Part shown: piece by piece, positions 9,776 to 20,717 of the stretch
How positions within the stretch are numbered: the stretch's first letter is position 1
Layout of the letters: each line of letters begins with the position of its first letter
NCBI GenBank assembly: GCA_030602565.1
Contig: JAUVZL010000003.1
Location: 4,160-68,159, forward strand
Direction: 5' to 3'
Source: Candidatus Stahliibacteriota bacterium
GTDB taxonomy: Bacteria; Hydrothermota; Tepidihabitantia; SM23-42
Length of the DNA stretch: 64,000 nucleotides
Notes under the pieces: generated by a model
The model's input: the letters and a program-made list of their open reading frames with translations, nothing else
Database searches by the model: none
What the model was told of the DNA's origin: nothing
Program-made: the position numbers and the translations under genes

Positions 9776-11020
9776 GTGTTACTTTTAACATACTTATTTT
9801 TTTTATCGGCTCCGGTCGTTGAATTGTACTGTTTTGACGATGATTACATAGAACTCTGGTATCAGATACCGATAAGTTCGGTATTATCAAAAGCTGAACA
9901 GGAAACATTACGGTTAGGTGATTCAGTTTTTGTATCATTCAAATATCAATTTGATATCTATGATGTGTCAAATAATGACTCAGCATACATTGAAGGAACA
10001 AAAGGAGCCTATATTATTGCTGAGCAAGAAGACAAGACTCTGGTTGATTATATTTCAGCATCTTTGTATGCTGGTGATTTCCACTATTCGTTTTCCATAA
10101 ATAATAACGAATACGATACTTCATTTATTGATACCTTTAAAATCCTGCCAGATACGATTACCTTATGGAGTAGTGATATAGTGTTTGGTAGAAAAACAGA
10201 TCGAGATGATGTTCTCTTTCATAATTTTCCTCTCATCCCCGTAGTCCATTCTACTTTTTCTGATCAAGATACTCTGCTCGTATATCTGGAGCTCTATGGT
10301 TTAGTTCCGGACAGTCTCTATTATCAAGTAGAGTATCAGGTTATTGATAGTCTTGAGCATACCGTGTTCGCAAAGAGCGTGCAACGCTTGAAATATGATT
10401 ATTCCCAGGTTGATACGGTGGATATATTGCTGGCTGATTTTATTGAAGGCACGTACTGCTATAGAATCACAGTTCAAGACCCAGCATCTGGTGGATCGTT
10501 TTCATCGACTAAGAAGTTTCACATTGAATATCTATATGATGAAGCATCCCTAATGCCGTTTTACCGGGATATTCAGTATTTGGTTAGCATTGGTGATTAT
10601 GAAAGTTTCAGTCGCCTCAGCCAGTTTGAAAAAAGAGGTTATCTCAAGAAATTCTGGTCAAAGAATGACTACTGGTTGTTCGAAAGAAGACTCCTTGAGG
10701 CGGATGATGAATTTTCAACGCACACTCTACAGGGCAGGGATTCAGAAAGAGGGAAATATTATATCAGAAATGGACCGCCCGATAAAATTGAGGATAAGCC
10801 AATGACTAGTTGGGGTAGACCGTTTGAGATATGGTGTTACTACACAAGGGGTTACCGTGTAGTGTTTTGTGACAAGATGAGTAGCGGTAATCCTGAAGTC
10901 GTGAAAATCTTCAGACCTGGTGACGACATTGGTGATGAGCAGTGGTTGTATGATATTGCGCCGGGAACATACAGCATTGAGACAAAGACACAATTGGAAG
11001 AAGAACTTGAAGAAGAATAG
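9776..11020 (+). CDS. GWxTD-domain-like secreted protein
   Basis: Signal-peptide-like N-terminus; C-terminal ERGKYYIRNGPPDKIED...WGRPFEIWCY resembles the GWxTD domain core (DRG-YI-YGPPD); GTG start after the RBS (track start at 9743 lies inside the promoter). Confidence 0.5.
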   Translation: MLLLTYLFFLSAPVVELYCFDDDYIELWYQIPISSVLSKAEQETLRLGDSVFVSFKYQFDIYDVSNNDSAYIEGTKGAYIIAEQEDKTLVDYISASLYAGDFHYSFSINNNEYDTSFIDTFKILPDTITLWSSDIVFGRKTDRDDVLFHNFPLIPVVHSTFSDQDTLLVYLELYGLVPDSLYYQVEYQVIDSLEHTVFAKSVQRLKYDYSQVDTVDILLADFIEGTYCYRITVQDPASGGSFSSTKKFHIEYLYDEASLMPFYRDIQYLVSIGDYESFSRLSQFEKRGYLKKFWSKNDYWLFERRLLEADDEFSTHTLQGRDSERGKYYIRNGPPDKIEDKPMTSWGRPFEIWCYYTRGYRVVFCDKMSSGNPEVVKIFRPGDDIGDEQWLYDIAPGTYSIETKTQLEEELEEE

Positions 11021-12314
11021 AATAGTAAAAACAGCGGCAGTTATTTCTGCACTTTTAATTATTTACTGTACTGCAGTAAACATATTTGCTGCACGCTACT
11101 ACCGTCTGCTTGAATTTGAAAGAAAGATATTCCTTGGTTTAAAAGCAATCGATACTCTGGCAGCAGAAGAATATATCAATTTACCATCAGCATCTGAGCG
11201 CGGAAAATACTATAACGCCTTTTGGGAAAACAAAGAAGCTGCAGACCGCGAGCAATTTGAAGAGAGGATAGAGTATGCCTTTCGCCAATATGGCAAGCAT
11301 TCGCCAATAAGTGATGAGCGTATACAGATATTTGTTAAATACGGTGAACCTTCAAAGAGAGAAGAAATCTGGCCCCAAAAGAAAATTGCCGTGAAAGTCA
11401 AAGAATCAGTGAAGCCTGCCGAAATATGGACATATAAACGAGAAGGTTTGATTTTTGATTTTGTCAGGTATGCGCGCGCCTATAAGATGATTGCCCGGTC
11501 AGAATTCGGCGAGCATGTGAAAGTACCTCATTTAAAAGAAGTGCATCAGGATAGCTTTATAGAAGTTGAATCGACATCGTTACTCGAATTTGCTATGACT
11601 ACCGGGAGATTTCGACAAAAGAAAAATTTGACCCGTCTTGAAATATATTTATCCGTATTGATTAATGACACAACCGGGATTTCTTTTTCAAGACAGGTAA
11701 AGCTGTTTGATAACCAGGATAATATCGTTAAAGAAAAGAATAGTATTCTAATCCCCGTAGACAGTGACCATGGGGTTTTCTTTGATGAGGTTAATTTCTG
11801 GTTCGATCCGGCAGAGTATCGGCTGGAAATTATAATGAGCGACATCAGTAACCGAACCGTAGGTAAGAAAACACTTTGGGTCAACCTGCTCGATTATCAG
11901 GATGATGCCAAAGAGATTAGTGATCTGGTTCCGATGTGGTTGATCGATAACACTTTTTCGCACGAAAAATTCAACAAACCAGTGGGCCGGGTCATCCCGA
12001 TGACCCAACCAGCATTATTGATCCACACCCCTTTTTACTTCTACGCCGAGGTCTATAACCTCGAAACTAAGAATGGTATGCATCAATTGAAGATGACTTA
12101 TGAAGTCATCAATAAAGCGAAGATGAAAAGAGAAATTGTCGATGTTGTGATCAAAGACCAAATAGAGGCGGGCGATGTCGCCTATTTAGCAGCTCTATAT
12201 CACCCTATGGATCTTGAACCTGGTTTTTATATTATTACTTTACGGACCGCGGATTTGCTAAGTGGTAAAGAACGGACTGCGGTCTGTGAATTTGAACTAC
12301 ACCCAATAGAATAG
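11007..12314 (+). CDS. GWxTD-domain-like protein, paralog
   Basis: N-terminal TM/signal segment (VKTAAVISALLIIYCTAVNIFA); ERGKYYNAFWENKEA and DERIQIFVKYGEPSKREEIW motifs; start uncertain (TTG at 11007 or ATG at 10950). Confidence 0.45.
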   Translation: MKKNRIVKTAAVISALLIIYCTAVNIFAARYYRLLEFERKIFLGLKAIDTLAAEEYINLPSASERGKYYNAFWENKEAADREQFEERIEYAFRQYGKHSPISDERIQIFVKYGEPSKREEIWPQKKIAVKVKESVKPAEIWTYKREGLIFDFVRYARAYKMIARSEFGEHVKVPHLKEVHQDSFIEVESTSLLEFAMTTGRFRQKKNLTRLEIYLSVLINDTTGISFSRQVKLFDNQDNIVKEKNSILIPVDSDHGVFFDEVNFWFDPAEYRLEIIMSDISNRTVGKKTLWVNLLDYQDDAKEISDLVPMWLIDNTFSHEKFNKPVGRVIPMTQPALLIHTPFYFYAEVYNLETKNGMHQLKMTYEVINKAKMKREIVDVVIKDQIEAGDVAYLAALYHPMDLEPGFYIITLRTADLLSGKERTAVCEFELHPIE

Positions 12315-12426
12315 CAAACCCCGTTGGAAAATATCGTCCTTTGAGGGGCAGGTGCTGAAGAATAAATAAATCATGGGTTTCCTACGGGGTTTGTTATCCA
12401 ACGGGGTAAATTCGGTAAGGTAGGTA

Positions 12427-13269
12427 TTACTTTACAGTATACGCAAGGTTGCAGATGACTCTAAGCAGGCGATAGAATTCAATAATATTTTTTGTCCGGA
12501 AAGTTACTTTCCGTGCCGATACCCTTTTCAAACCAGGTACTGGTTCAATAACATCGCCGATTACGGTATTAATAACCTCAATTTCTGCATTTATTGGTGG
12601 GTGGAAAATAAAGGGGTTCAATTTTTTTACCTTTTTCACTGCTAATTCAGCTTTTTTCTCTATTTCCTGTTGGATATCGTGGGGGTGTCGGCATTTTGCG
12701 GCAAAACGCGAGATACCGTACTTGGTGATGATGACTTCTACTTCTTGCCCAAAGAATTTCCTGACTTCCTTAGCCAATTTATCATCACCCGATACAAGAC
12801 CTAAGGGTACTTTGTAGTGGCCTGCGACCGCAGCATTTATTTCAGTTTCTCCGACATACTTGCCATTTAGCTTGATATTGTAGATTGACGAAGAAGAGTA
12901 TGAATGGTCCATACCGGCACCTTTGGTTCCGATCATCGCATGATATCCGATAAAGAACAGGATATCGAACTGTTGATTTATTCCTTCAACCATGTAATAA
13001 TTGCGTGGTGTTCCTTTTACCAGGTGGATTCCAGTTTCAAGCGCGTCGATCAGGAGATTTTCACCTCCGGCGTGTGAATCACAGATAATTATTTCACCAA
13101 TATCCTGGCGTGCGTTTCTTATACCACGAATTGCTGCATTAACTTCTTCGGTAGCAAGTTCTCTTATCTGTGCCAATGAGGGTGACTCTTTTTTCAATTC
13201 TTGCCACGAAGTCAGGCAACCCACGCCCTCCATATCAAAGGAAATAAAGGCATTGAAATGCTTAACCAT
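12427..13269 (-). CDS. Peptidase M55 D-aminopeptidase DppA-like
   Basis: N-terminus FISFDMEGVGCL and overall length match the DppA/M55 family. Confidence 0.7.
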   Translation of the reverse strand: MVKHFNAFISFDMEGVGCLTSWQELKKESPSLAQIRELATEEVNAAIRGIRNARQDIGEIIICDSHAGGENLLIDALETGIHLVKGTPRNYYMVEGINQQFDILFFIGYHAMIGTKGAGMDHSYSSSSIYNIKLNGKYVGETEINAAVAGHYKVPLGLVSGDDKLAKEVRKFFGQEVEVIITKYGISRFAAKCRHPHDIQQEIEKKAELAVKKVKKLNPFIFHPPINAEIEVINTVIGDVIEPVPGLKRVSARKVTFRTKNIIEFYRLLRVICNLAYTVK

Positions 13270-13340
13270 TTTCCATTATACGCCGGGGGTTGAAATTGTC
13301 AATAATATTGACATAAGAGGTAAAATAAATAGAATTAAAT

Positions 13341-14534
13341 ATGAACACAGGACTCTTTGTTCAACTAATCGTTGCCGTATTTTTTCTGGGTGTTCTTATA
13401 ATTCTCATTGTCGCTTTGTCCAAAACGAAGAAAAAGACGAGAGTACTGAATAGCGTTGAAATTCTTGCTGATGAGCTGGACCGGCATAAAAAGGAGAATC
13501 TTCATCTACGCGAAGAACTCAGGCGGATAGCTTCAGTGGATAACTTATTCTTTGCATCTATGATAAGGCTTACTTCAAGACTTAATCCAGAAGAAATTGC
13601 CAAAGAAATCAAGGATTTGTTGATCAATTGCCTTGATCCAAAAGGAACGGCTGTTTTCCTTGCTGATCAGCGAAATAAAAGGCTTACTGTTGTTGCGCAC
13701 CAAGGGCTCAATGACAATTGGTTGCCCAAACTCGTCTATGAACTGGATAATAAAAATAGAATGGGTAAGGTGGGTGTCAGTTTCAATGAAAAACATACCA
13801 TTACCAGACATGAATTTGCCATACTGGGTTTGAGCGAACCCTTCCCGGTATTCGAACCTGACGTCTGTTACCCTATTTTCTTTCAAAAGAAAAGGTTTGG
13901 AGTTATTGCCATTATTCGTAAGAAGGACCTGGATGAACGCGAGAAGAACCTATTAGGTGTTGTTGCAAGTATTGCTGGTGTTGCGCTCAACAATACCAGG
14001 AGTTTTGCAGATATTACATCTACCGCACATACTGATCCACTGACAAAAATATACAATATTGGATACTTCAAGGAATTAATGATCAGCGAACTGGAACGTT
14101 CCAAGAGATTCCAACACCATCTTTCAGTATCCATTATCGACCTTGATAAATTTAAAGAATACAACGATACATACGGACACCAAGCTGGAGACCACCTTTT
14201 AATCCAGTTAGCTCGGATTTTCGAAAAACATTTTGCAGAAACTGATACCGTTGCTCGATACGGTGGTGACGAATTCATTGTTATGTGTCCTGAAATAAAA
14301 AAGCAGGAAGCCGCCAGAATTATTGGAAACCTACTCCATGATCTTGAGATGTATGATTTCACACGTGGCACCGAGGAAATCAAGGTAACGTTCTCGGCAG
14401 GTGTTTCTTCTTATCCAGATGATGCTACATCAACTGTAGAACTCATTAGGTTAGCGGATGCTGCGCTCTATGAGGCAAAGGGAGCAGGTCGCAATACAGT
14501 TAAGGTATACCGTCCAAAGATTGAGAAGATTTAG
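13341..14534 (+). CDS. Membrane-anchored GAF-GGDEF diguanylate cyclase
   Basis: N-terminal TM helix, coiled coil, GAF-like middle, intact RYGGDEF active-site motif. Confidence 0.8.
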   Translation: MNTGLFVQLIVAVFFLGVLIILIVALSKTKKKTRVLNSVEILADELDRHKKENLHLREELRRIASVDNLFFASMIRLTSRLNPEEIAKEIKDLLINCLDPKGTAVFLADQRNKRLTVVAHQGLNDNWLPKLVYELDNKNRMGKVGVSFNEKHTITRHEFAILGLSEPFPVFEPDVCYPIFFQKKRFGVIAIIRKKDLDEREKNLLGVVASIAGVALNNTRSFADITSTAHTDPLTKIYNIGYFKELMISELERSKRFQHHLSVSIIDLDKFKEYNDTYGHQAGDHLLIQLARIFEKHFAETDTVARYGGDEFIVMCPEIKKQEAARIIGNLLHDLEMYDFTRGTEEIKVTFSAGVSSYPDDATSTVELIRLADAALYEAKGAGRNTVKVYRPKIEKI

Positions 14535-14561
14535 TTATTATACCCAATCCGGATTAGCAGA

Positions 14562-15653
14562 TTGATGCACAATATTATCGAGAAAATTATTCAGACGATA
14601 GGCGATTTGAGCGCTAAGCAAATTAGTCTAATGGAAGTCTGCGGTACTCATACTATGTCAATTGCCCGTTCTGGCATTAGAGCAATGATGCCTGGGCAAT
14701 TGAAATTATTGTCAGGCCCTGGCTGTCCAGTCTGTGTTACTGCTCAGGAAACCATAGATTACGCGATCGCGCTTGCTCAGGAGAAGGATATCGTTATCGT
14801 AACCTTTGGCGATATGGTGCGTGTGCCTGGTACTGTATCGAGCTTAGAGCCTTATGCGCCAAAAGTAGTATATTCATCTCTGGATGCTTTAACTATTGCT
14901 GAAGACAATAAGAACAAGGATATTGTATTTATCGGCGTTGGTTTTGAGACCACATCGCCAACTATAGCCGCGACTGTCTTGGCTGCTGAAACAAAAGGAA
15001 TTGGTAACTTTTATGTTTTACCGGCTTTTAAAGTCATACCACCAGCCTTGGACTTCATTGCCCGCTCACCGCGCATAAATGTTCACGGGTTCATTTTACC
15101 CGGCCATGTATCCACGATAATTGGAACTGAACCCTATGAATTTTTAGCCAAGAAATATCACATGCCTGGTTGTGTCACCGGGTTCGAGCCGATCGAGATC
15201 CTGTGCGGTATACTGAACCTCGTAAAACAATTTGCTGACGAGAAAGCCAATATCAGTATTACATATAGTAAAGTTGTGAAACCAGAAGGCAACCAGAAGG
15301 CGCTTGAGATATTATATACTGTTTTTGAACTATGCGATGCAGACTGGCGTGGGATTGGGTTGATTAGAAAATCAGGGCTGGCTTTTAAGGAACAATATCG
15401 CAAGTATGATGCATTGGAAAGATTTTCTGTAGAAGTGCCGAAATCGGTCATTCCCAAGGGGTGTATTTGCGGCAAAGTTCTGCTCGGGATAAGTCTGCCA
15501 GTCAAGTGCAAATTGTTTGGCAAGAAATGTACTCCATTAACTCCGGTTGGTCCCTGCATGGTGTCATCTGAAGGCTCCTGTGCCGCTTACTATAAGTATG
15601 GATATGGTTTAGAGGGCTTAAAGAGGGCGAAGAGAGGGCGGAGAAAGGGCTAA
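14562..15653 (+). CDS. hypD: [NiFe]-hydrogenase maturation factor HypD
   Basis: Conserved CGTH, GPGCPVC and FETT motifs and a C-terminal Cys cluster; no other hyp or hydrogenase genes in the window. Confidence 0.85.
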   Translation: MMHNIIEKIIQTIGDLSAKQISLMEVCGTHTMSIARSGIRAMMPGQLKLLSGPGCPVCVTAQETIDYAIALAQEKDIVIVTFGDMVRVPGTVSSLEPYAPKVVYSSLDALTIAEDNKNKDIVFIGVGFETTSPTIAATVLAAETKGIGNFYVLPAFKVIPPALDFIARSPRINVHGFILPGHVSTIIGTEPYEFLAKKYHMPGCVTGFEPIEILCGILNLVKQFADEKANISITYSKVVKPEGNQKALEILYTVFELCDADWRGIGLIRKSGLAFKEQYRKYDALERFSVEVPKSVIPKGCICGKVLLGISLPVKCKLFGKKCTPLTPVGPCMVSSEGSCAAYYKYGYGLEGLKRAKRGRRKG

Positions 15654-15704
15654 AACTAAGGGTAAAAAAGGGAGAAAGAAGGGTAAACAAGGGATAATAG
15701 ATAA

Positions 15705-16643
15705 GTGCTGAGAAAGATTACAAAAGAATTGATTGAAGAATTTTATAATCTACTCTCGCCTTGTCGGATCTGTCCACGTGCATGCAAGGTTAAAAGGCTG
15801 GAAGGCGAAATCGGTAATTGCAGTGCCGGGATAAAAGTCAAGACTTCATCATTTCATCGACATTTTGGCGAAGAACCGCCGCTTGTAGGGAGACATGGTT
15901 CTGGAACAATTTTTTTCACGAATTGCAATTTGCATTGCGTATTTTGCCAAAATTATCAAATTAGTCAACTCGGCATGGGTCAAGAGACAACACTGGAAGA
16001 GCTTGGCGAAATGATGCTCAAGTTACAGGATCTGGGTTGCCACAACATAAATTTTGTGACACCGACGCCATGGGTGCCGCAGATTGTAAAGGCGCTGGCG
16101 ATTGCACAAGACAAGGGCTTGGACATCCCCATTGTCTATAATTGTGGTGGTTATGAATCTCTTGAAACCCTTAAGTTGCTGGAAGGTATCGTTGATATCT
16201 ATATGCCGGATATCAAGTATGCTGATAACCGACACGCTGAAAAATATTCAATAGTGCAAGATTACTGGGATGTTGTCAGACCAGCGCTGAAAGAAATGTA
16301 TCGGCAGGTTGGTGATTTGAAAGTGGAAAATGGTATTGCCCAGCGAGGTCTTTTGATAAGACATCTTGTATTACCCAACGACATTGCTGGCAGTAGGGGA
16401 TGCTTTGAGTTCATCAGTCAACATCTCTCAGTCCATACGGTCGTGAACGTCATGGCGCAGTACTATCCAACCTATAAAGCCGGTCAGTTTCCTGACATAA
16501 ATCGGCGCATTACTACCAAAGAATACAGACACGCTTTGACCGAATTGGAAAGATGCGGACTTGATGAGGGTTTCAGACAGACCATAGATACGATATTCAG
16601 GGCTGCAGTGCCTGAATGGACTGATGATCTCAGTTTAGAATAA
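15705..16643 (+). CDS. Radical SAM protein, PflX-like (pyruvate formate-lyase activase homolog)
   Basis: CNLHCVFC (CxxxCxxC) cluster near the N-terminus, 312 aa. Confidence 0.65.
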   Translation: MLRKITKELIEEFYNLLSPCRICPRACKVKRLEGEIGNCSAGIKVKTSSFHRHFGEEPPLVGRHGSGTIFFTNCNLHCVFCQNYQISQLGMGQETTLEELGEMMLKLQDLGCHNINFVTPTPWVPQIVKALAIAQDKGLDIPIVYNCGGYESLETLKLLEGIVDIYMPDIKYADNRHAEKYSIVQDYWDVVRPALKEMYRQVGDLKVENGIAQRGLLIRHLVLPNDIAGSRGCFEFISQHLSVHTVVNVMAQYYPTYKAGQFPDINRRITTKEYRHALTELERCGLDEGFRQTIDTIFRAAVPEWTDDLSLE

Positions 16644-16705
16644 AGACATCTTTGCCGGAGTAAAGCCTTCATTAACTTTCTATTATCTCCCAATACAAGC
16701 AAGGG

Positions 16706-16849
16706 CTAAGATAGCACCGCACATTTCATCTCAGCAGATATTTTTTTCAATCCTGCAATAACGGTCTCCACTGCCTTATCAATACCTTTTTTTACTTCTT
16801 CGTGAATTCTTTCAATAAGAATAGGATCATGTAGCGGCTTTATTTTCAT
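16706..16849 (-). CDS. Small ORF (47 aa, MKIKPLHDPILIERIHEEVKKGIDKAVETVIAGLKKISAEMKCAVLS) absent from the ORF track
   Basis: Own TTGACA-16 nt-TAGAAT promoter and a perfect AGGAGGT RBS; N-terminus resembles the GroES start (IKPLHDR). Confidence 0.5.
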   Translation of the reverse strand: MKIKPLHDPILIERIHEEVKKGIDKAVETVIAGLKKISAEMKCAVLS

Positions 16850-16922
16850 TTTACCTCCTGGTTCTCTTTATTCCAAAACATCACTGCCTGATTCTGCTGC
16901 TCAGAAGTACAATCTGAAAATG

Positions 16923-16950
16923 ATTCTACACATTTTCCAGAATTTGTCAA
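16923..16950 (-). promoter_or_regulatory. Sigma70-like promoter driving the 47-aa ORF
   Basis: TTGACA (16945-16950, minus) with a 16-nt spacer and TAGAAT (16923-16928, minus). Confidence 0.5.
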
Positions 16951-17069
16951 GCTGGCGATTGTAGGAGATTTCTGGAAAAATTCAGGGATCTCTGTGCTAA
17001 CAGAAACTTGGACACATCTTTGATAGCAAATTTGAACTGCATCAACATCAATCTAAACCCATCATACTT

Positions 17070-17190
17070 CCCCTCCCTTGACGGGAGGGGGTAAGGGGGA
17101 GGGTGATTTTTTTCATAATTTAATACACCCCTCACCTTTGTCCTCTCCCCTGTCTGCGTGCAACGCACAGGCAGGCGCAAGGGGAGAGGA
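17070..17190. repeat. Two adjacent GA/CT-rich hairpin repeats (copies 2 and 3; copy 3 carries a nested TGCGTGCAACGCACA hairpin in its loop)
   Basis: CCCCTCCC-ttgac-GGGAGGGGG...; CCTCTCCCCT...AGGGGAGAGG. Confidence 0.7.
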
Positions 17191-17332
17191 TTTTATACTA
17201 TTGCAGTTTAAAATTTGTGTCCAAGTTTCTGGTGCTAAGTGTTGACTTTGCCTGAATTATGAATATGCTATGCTGTATTTTTGATATTCGAAAATACTCT
17301 CAAGACTTTTAGGTATTTACCATCAAGGAGGT

Positions 17333-18466
17333 ATGTTGAAGGTCCACGAATATCAGGCAAAAAATATTTTTAATAAATACGGTATTCCAATACCTGAAGA
17401 AAAGATGTGTGTAAGCGTTGACGAGGTTATTGCTGTTTCTGGCGAACTTGGCTTGCCCTGTGTTATCAAAGCCCAGGTGCATGTCGGGGGTCGAGGTAAA
17501 GCAGGTGGCATAAAGGTTGCCAAAACCGAGCAAGAAGTCAAAGAATATGCCAAGCAGATTCTCAGCATGGAGATTAAGGGTCTTCCAGTGAGAAAAGTCT
17601 TGGTATCTGAAGCAGTTTCCATAGCCAGTGAGGCATATCTGGGCATCATAAATGACCGAACTGCAAAAAAAACCGTTATGATGGCATGTAAAGAAGGTGG
17701 TGTTGAGATTGAAGAGGTAGCTCGAAAAAAACCTGAGGCGATATTAAAAGTCTATGCTGATTCTTTAATCGGATTCTTGCCCCACAAGGCGCGCCAAATA
17801 GGTTTGTTTCTGTATGATGACTCTAAAACAGCATTCGTCTGTGCCAAGATTGCTGAAAAACTGTACAAGATGTTCATTGAACTCGATTCATCCCTGGCTG
17901 AAATCAATCCGCTCGTTGTGACTGATTCAGGCGAACTTATTGCCCTTGACGCCAAAATTAATTTTGATGACAATGGCCTCTATCGACATCCGGATATTGA
18001 AGCGATGCGCGACCGTGAAAGCGAAGATGAGAGTGAACAGATGGCGCGAGAATCTGATCTATCTTATGTAAAACTTACTGGCAATATTGGTTGTGTTGTC
18101 AATGGCGCTGGTTTGGCTATGGCAACTATGGATTTGGTGAAACATTTTGGCGGTGAACCCGCAAACTTTCTCGATATTGGCGGGTCTTCTTCACCCCAGA
18201 AAGTCAAAAACGCATTGGATATTTTGCTGCGCGATAAAAATGTAAAGGTAATATTCTTTAACATCTTCGGTGGAATCACACGCTGCGATGATGTGGCTAA
18301 TGGCATATTGGAAGCGAAAAAAGAACTCAAGATAAAACAGCCGATTGTCGCCCGTTTGACTGGTACAAATCAAGAAAAAGCAATGGAAATACTAAAAGAA
18401 GCAGGTCTTATCTTTGCCCAAAGTATGGATGACGGTGCGAAAAAGGCGATTCAACTACTCAAATAG
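17333..18466 (+). CDS. sucC: Succinate--CoA ligase (ADP-forming) beta subunit
   Basis: [20 protein letters not shown]-terminus, ATP-grasp fold. Confidence 0.9.
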   Translation: MLKVHEYQAKNIFNKYGIPIPEEKMCVSVDEVIAVSGELGLPCVIKAQVHVGGRGKAGGIKVAKTEQEVKEYAKQILSMEIKGLPVRKVLVSEAVSIASEAYLGIINDRTAKKTVMMACKEGGVEIEEVARKKPEAILKVYADSLIGFLPHKARQIGLFLYDDSKTAFVCAKIAEKLYKMFIELDSSLAEINPLVVTDSGELIALDAKINFDDNGLYRHPDIEAMRDRESEDESEQMARESDLSYVKLTGNIGCVVNGAGLAMATMDLVKHFGGEPANFLDIGGSSSPQKVKNALDILLRDKNVKVIFFNIFGGITRCDDVANGILEAKKELKIKQPIVARLTGTNQEKAMEILKEAGLIFAQSMDDGAKKAIQLLK

Positions 18467-18484
18467 GCTGAAAGGAGTGATCGA

Positions 18485-19354
18485 ATGAGTATTTTAATTA
18501 ACAAAGACACGAGACTTGTGGTGCAGGGGATAACTGGCCGCGATGGAAGTTTCCACACCAGGCAGATGATAAAATATGGGACCAGGGTTGTTGCTGGAGT
18601 GACTCCGGGTAAGGGGGGTATGGAAGTTGAAAGTGTGCCAGTCTTTAATTCTGTAAACGAGGCGGTCAAGAAAACCGAAGCCAACGCCGCAGTTATTTTT
18701 GTCCCCGCCAAATTTGCGACAAGTGCTATTTATGAAGCGATTGATGCTGGTGTGAAATTGGTTGTGTGTATTGCTGAGGGGCTACCGACAATCGAATTGG
18801 TTAAGATTACTGCTTATCTTAATGGTAAAGACTGTCGTCTGGTTGGGCCAAATTCGCCGGGCATTGTTTCTGCTGGTGAAGCAAAAATTGGTATCTTACC
18901 CGGCCATATCTTTAAGAAAGGTAAGGTGGGCGTCATATCACGGAGTGGGACCCTTACCTATGAAATCGTCGACCATATTACAAAAACCGGACTCGGTCAA
19001 TCAACCTGCCTCGGCATTGGCGGTGATCCGATAATTGGAACCAAATTCATCGATTGTTTAGAACTTTTCGCCAAAGATGACGATACTGAAGCAGTTGTTA
19101 TCGTCGGTGAGATTGGTGGTCGAGATGAGCAGGATACTGCAGAGTATGTGAAGAAATATTTCAAAAAGCCAGTTTTTGGTTTTATTGCAGGTAAGACTGC
19201 ACCGGCTGATAAACGTATGGGTCATGCTGGAGCAATAATATCCGGCACTTCAGGCACCGCGGCAGAAAAGGTTAAGGTGTTGGAGGCATGTGGTATTAAG
19301 GTCGGTGAAACACCTGCTGAGGTTGCCCAGCTTGTTAAGAATAGGTTGGCATAG
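18485..19354 (+). CDS. sucD: Succinate--CoA ligase alpha subunit
   Basis: CoA-binding and His-loop motifs ([26 protein letters not shown]). Confidence 0.9.
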   Translation: MSILINKDTRLVVQGITGRDGSFHTRQMIKYGTRVVAGVTPGKGGMEVESVPVFNSVNEAVKKTEANAAVIFVPAKFATSAIYEAIDAGVKLVVCIAEGLPTIELVKITAYLNGKDCRLVGPNSPGIVSAGEAKIGILPGHIFKKGKVGVISRSGTLTYEIVDHITKTGLGQSTCLGIGGDPIIGTKFIDCLELFAKDDDTEAVVIVGEIGGRDEQDTAEYVKKYFKKPVFGFIAGKTAPADKRMGHAGAIISGTSGTAAEKVKVLEACGIKVGETPAEVAQLVKNRLA

Positions 19355-19405
19355 TTTTAGATAACATTATTCTTCCTCAGTTTCAATTGCCTTAGCTAAT
19401 TTCCA

Positions 19406-20560
19406 TTAAAGTTCGTCCAGCCAGCCTGCAGTGTAGTTAAGCTTACGTTTGAAAAGCTTACCTAAGTTCTTCGGGTCTCTTGCTTCGTGATATCTGAAAT
19501 ACATTTCATCATCAACAATACCAAGTATCTCGATCTTACCAGTACGGTGTGACATCACATAGCGGAATCTCTTGCTATGACCATTGAGTTTTCGCTTTGC
19601 CTTACTGATAATCATATATCCTTTGTAAAGCGGTACCTGGAAATTCTGTTTGACGCGCTTCACAGGTCTGCATTGAAATATGTAGTAGGGGATGATGCCG
19701 ATGCCGGCTAATTTGTTCTGCAGATCAGCGATAATATCAGGGTCATCGTTCACGCCCTTGAGAAGCACAGTTTGGTTATTTATGATAATACTCCGGCGAA
19801 TGAGTTTATTAATCGCGCGAATTGCTTTTCTGGTCAATTCCCGGGGATGATTAAACTGGGTACTTATGTATAATTTTCTTTCTGGAGTTGAAAATCTCTT
19901 CAGCACAGATAAAAGGTCTTTATCCTGTAATATACGTTCCGGGAAGATCACTGGAACCTTGGAGCCGATTCTCATAAAATGCAAATGTTCTATTTTAGCA
20001 AGTTTCTTGAGGAAATTTTCAATTATTTCAGTCGGCAAGATCAACGTATCGCCGCCGCTGATCAGAACATTTGTGATTTCTTCATGTTCATTTATGTACT
20101 CAACCGCTTCGTCGAACTTGCTGATTATTTCTCCGGTTGATAAACCAACGAGTCTTTTTCTAAAACAGTACCGGCAGTAGGCAGTACACCGGTTAGTTGA
20201 CAAGATCAGGGCAGTGGGTGCGTATTTGTGCTGTAATCCAGGCATTTTTGTTATTTGCAGCTCGCCGCTTGGGTCCCAGGAACCGGACAAGTTCAATTCC
20301 TCGACTGATGGGATTACCATTTTCCGGATAGGGTCATTTGGTTCTTTTTTGTCGATTAGAGACAAATAGTAGCGGGTGATGCTCATGGGATGTTTCTCGA
20401 TAACCCTTTTCAGTTGTCTTTGTTCAAGGGGTGTTAAATCGATATATTCTTTAAGTTGTTCGATGGTGCAAATATTTTTCTTGAGTTCTGCTTCCCACGA
20501 CATATTACCTCCTTCGGCGTGAACGAGAATCCTCGTTCCATTGGAACGGGAAACCCACAT
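19406..20560 (-). CDS. KamA-family radical SAM protein (lysine 2,3-aminomutase-like)
   Basis: CTAYCRYC cluster and overall KamA-like layout. Confidence 0.7.
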   Translation of the reverse strand: MWVSRSNGTRILVHAEGGNMSWEAELKKNICTIEQLKEYIDLTPLEQRQLKRVIEKHPMSITRYYLSLIDKKEPNDPIRKMVIPSVEELNLSGSWDPSGELQITKMPGLQHKYAPTALILSTNRCTAYCRYCFRKRLVGLSTGEIISKFDEAVEYINEHEEITNVLISGGDTLILPTEIIENFLKKLAKIEHLHFMRIGSKVPVIFPERILQDKDLLSVLKRFSTPERKLYISTQFNHPRELTRKAIRAINKLIRRSIIINNQTVLLKGVNDDPDIIADLQNKLAGIGIIPYYIFQCRPVKRVKQNFQVPLYKGYMIISKAKRKLNGHSKRFRYVMSHRTGKIEILGIVDDEMYFRYHEARDPKNLGKLFKRKLNYTAGWLDEL

Positions 20561-20635
20561 TTAAAATTGCTATTGCTTTTTTTGGCCACAGCTGTTCTCC
20601 GATTCACCTCTTCTCCCCTGCTCCGTTTCTAAAAA

Positions 20636-20709
20636 TCGGGGCAGTGGGATTTGAACCCACGACCTCATGGTCCCAAACCATGCGCGCTAAACCGCTGCGC
20701 CACGCCCCG
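20636..20709 (-). tRNA. tRNA-Pro (anticodon TGG)
   Basis: Near-duplicate of the tRNA at 6549-6622; anticodon loop TTTGGGA. Confidence 0.85.
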
Positions 20710-20717
20710 AGTTTTGA

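Noticed and set aside
10920-11006. Upstream extension of the second GWxTD gene to the ATG at 10920 or 10950
   Set aside because: It would overlap the preceding gene by 70-100 nt. TTG at 11007, ahead of the hydrophobic segment, is preferred, though it is not certain.
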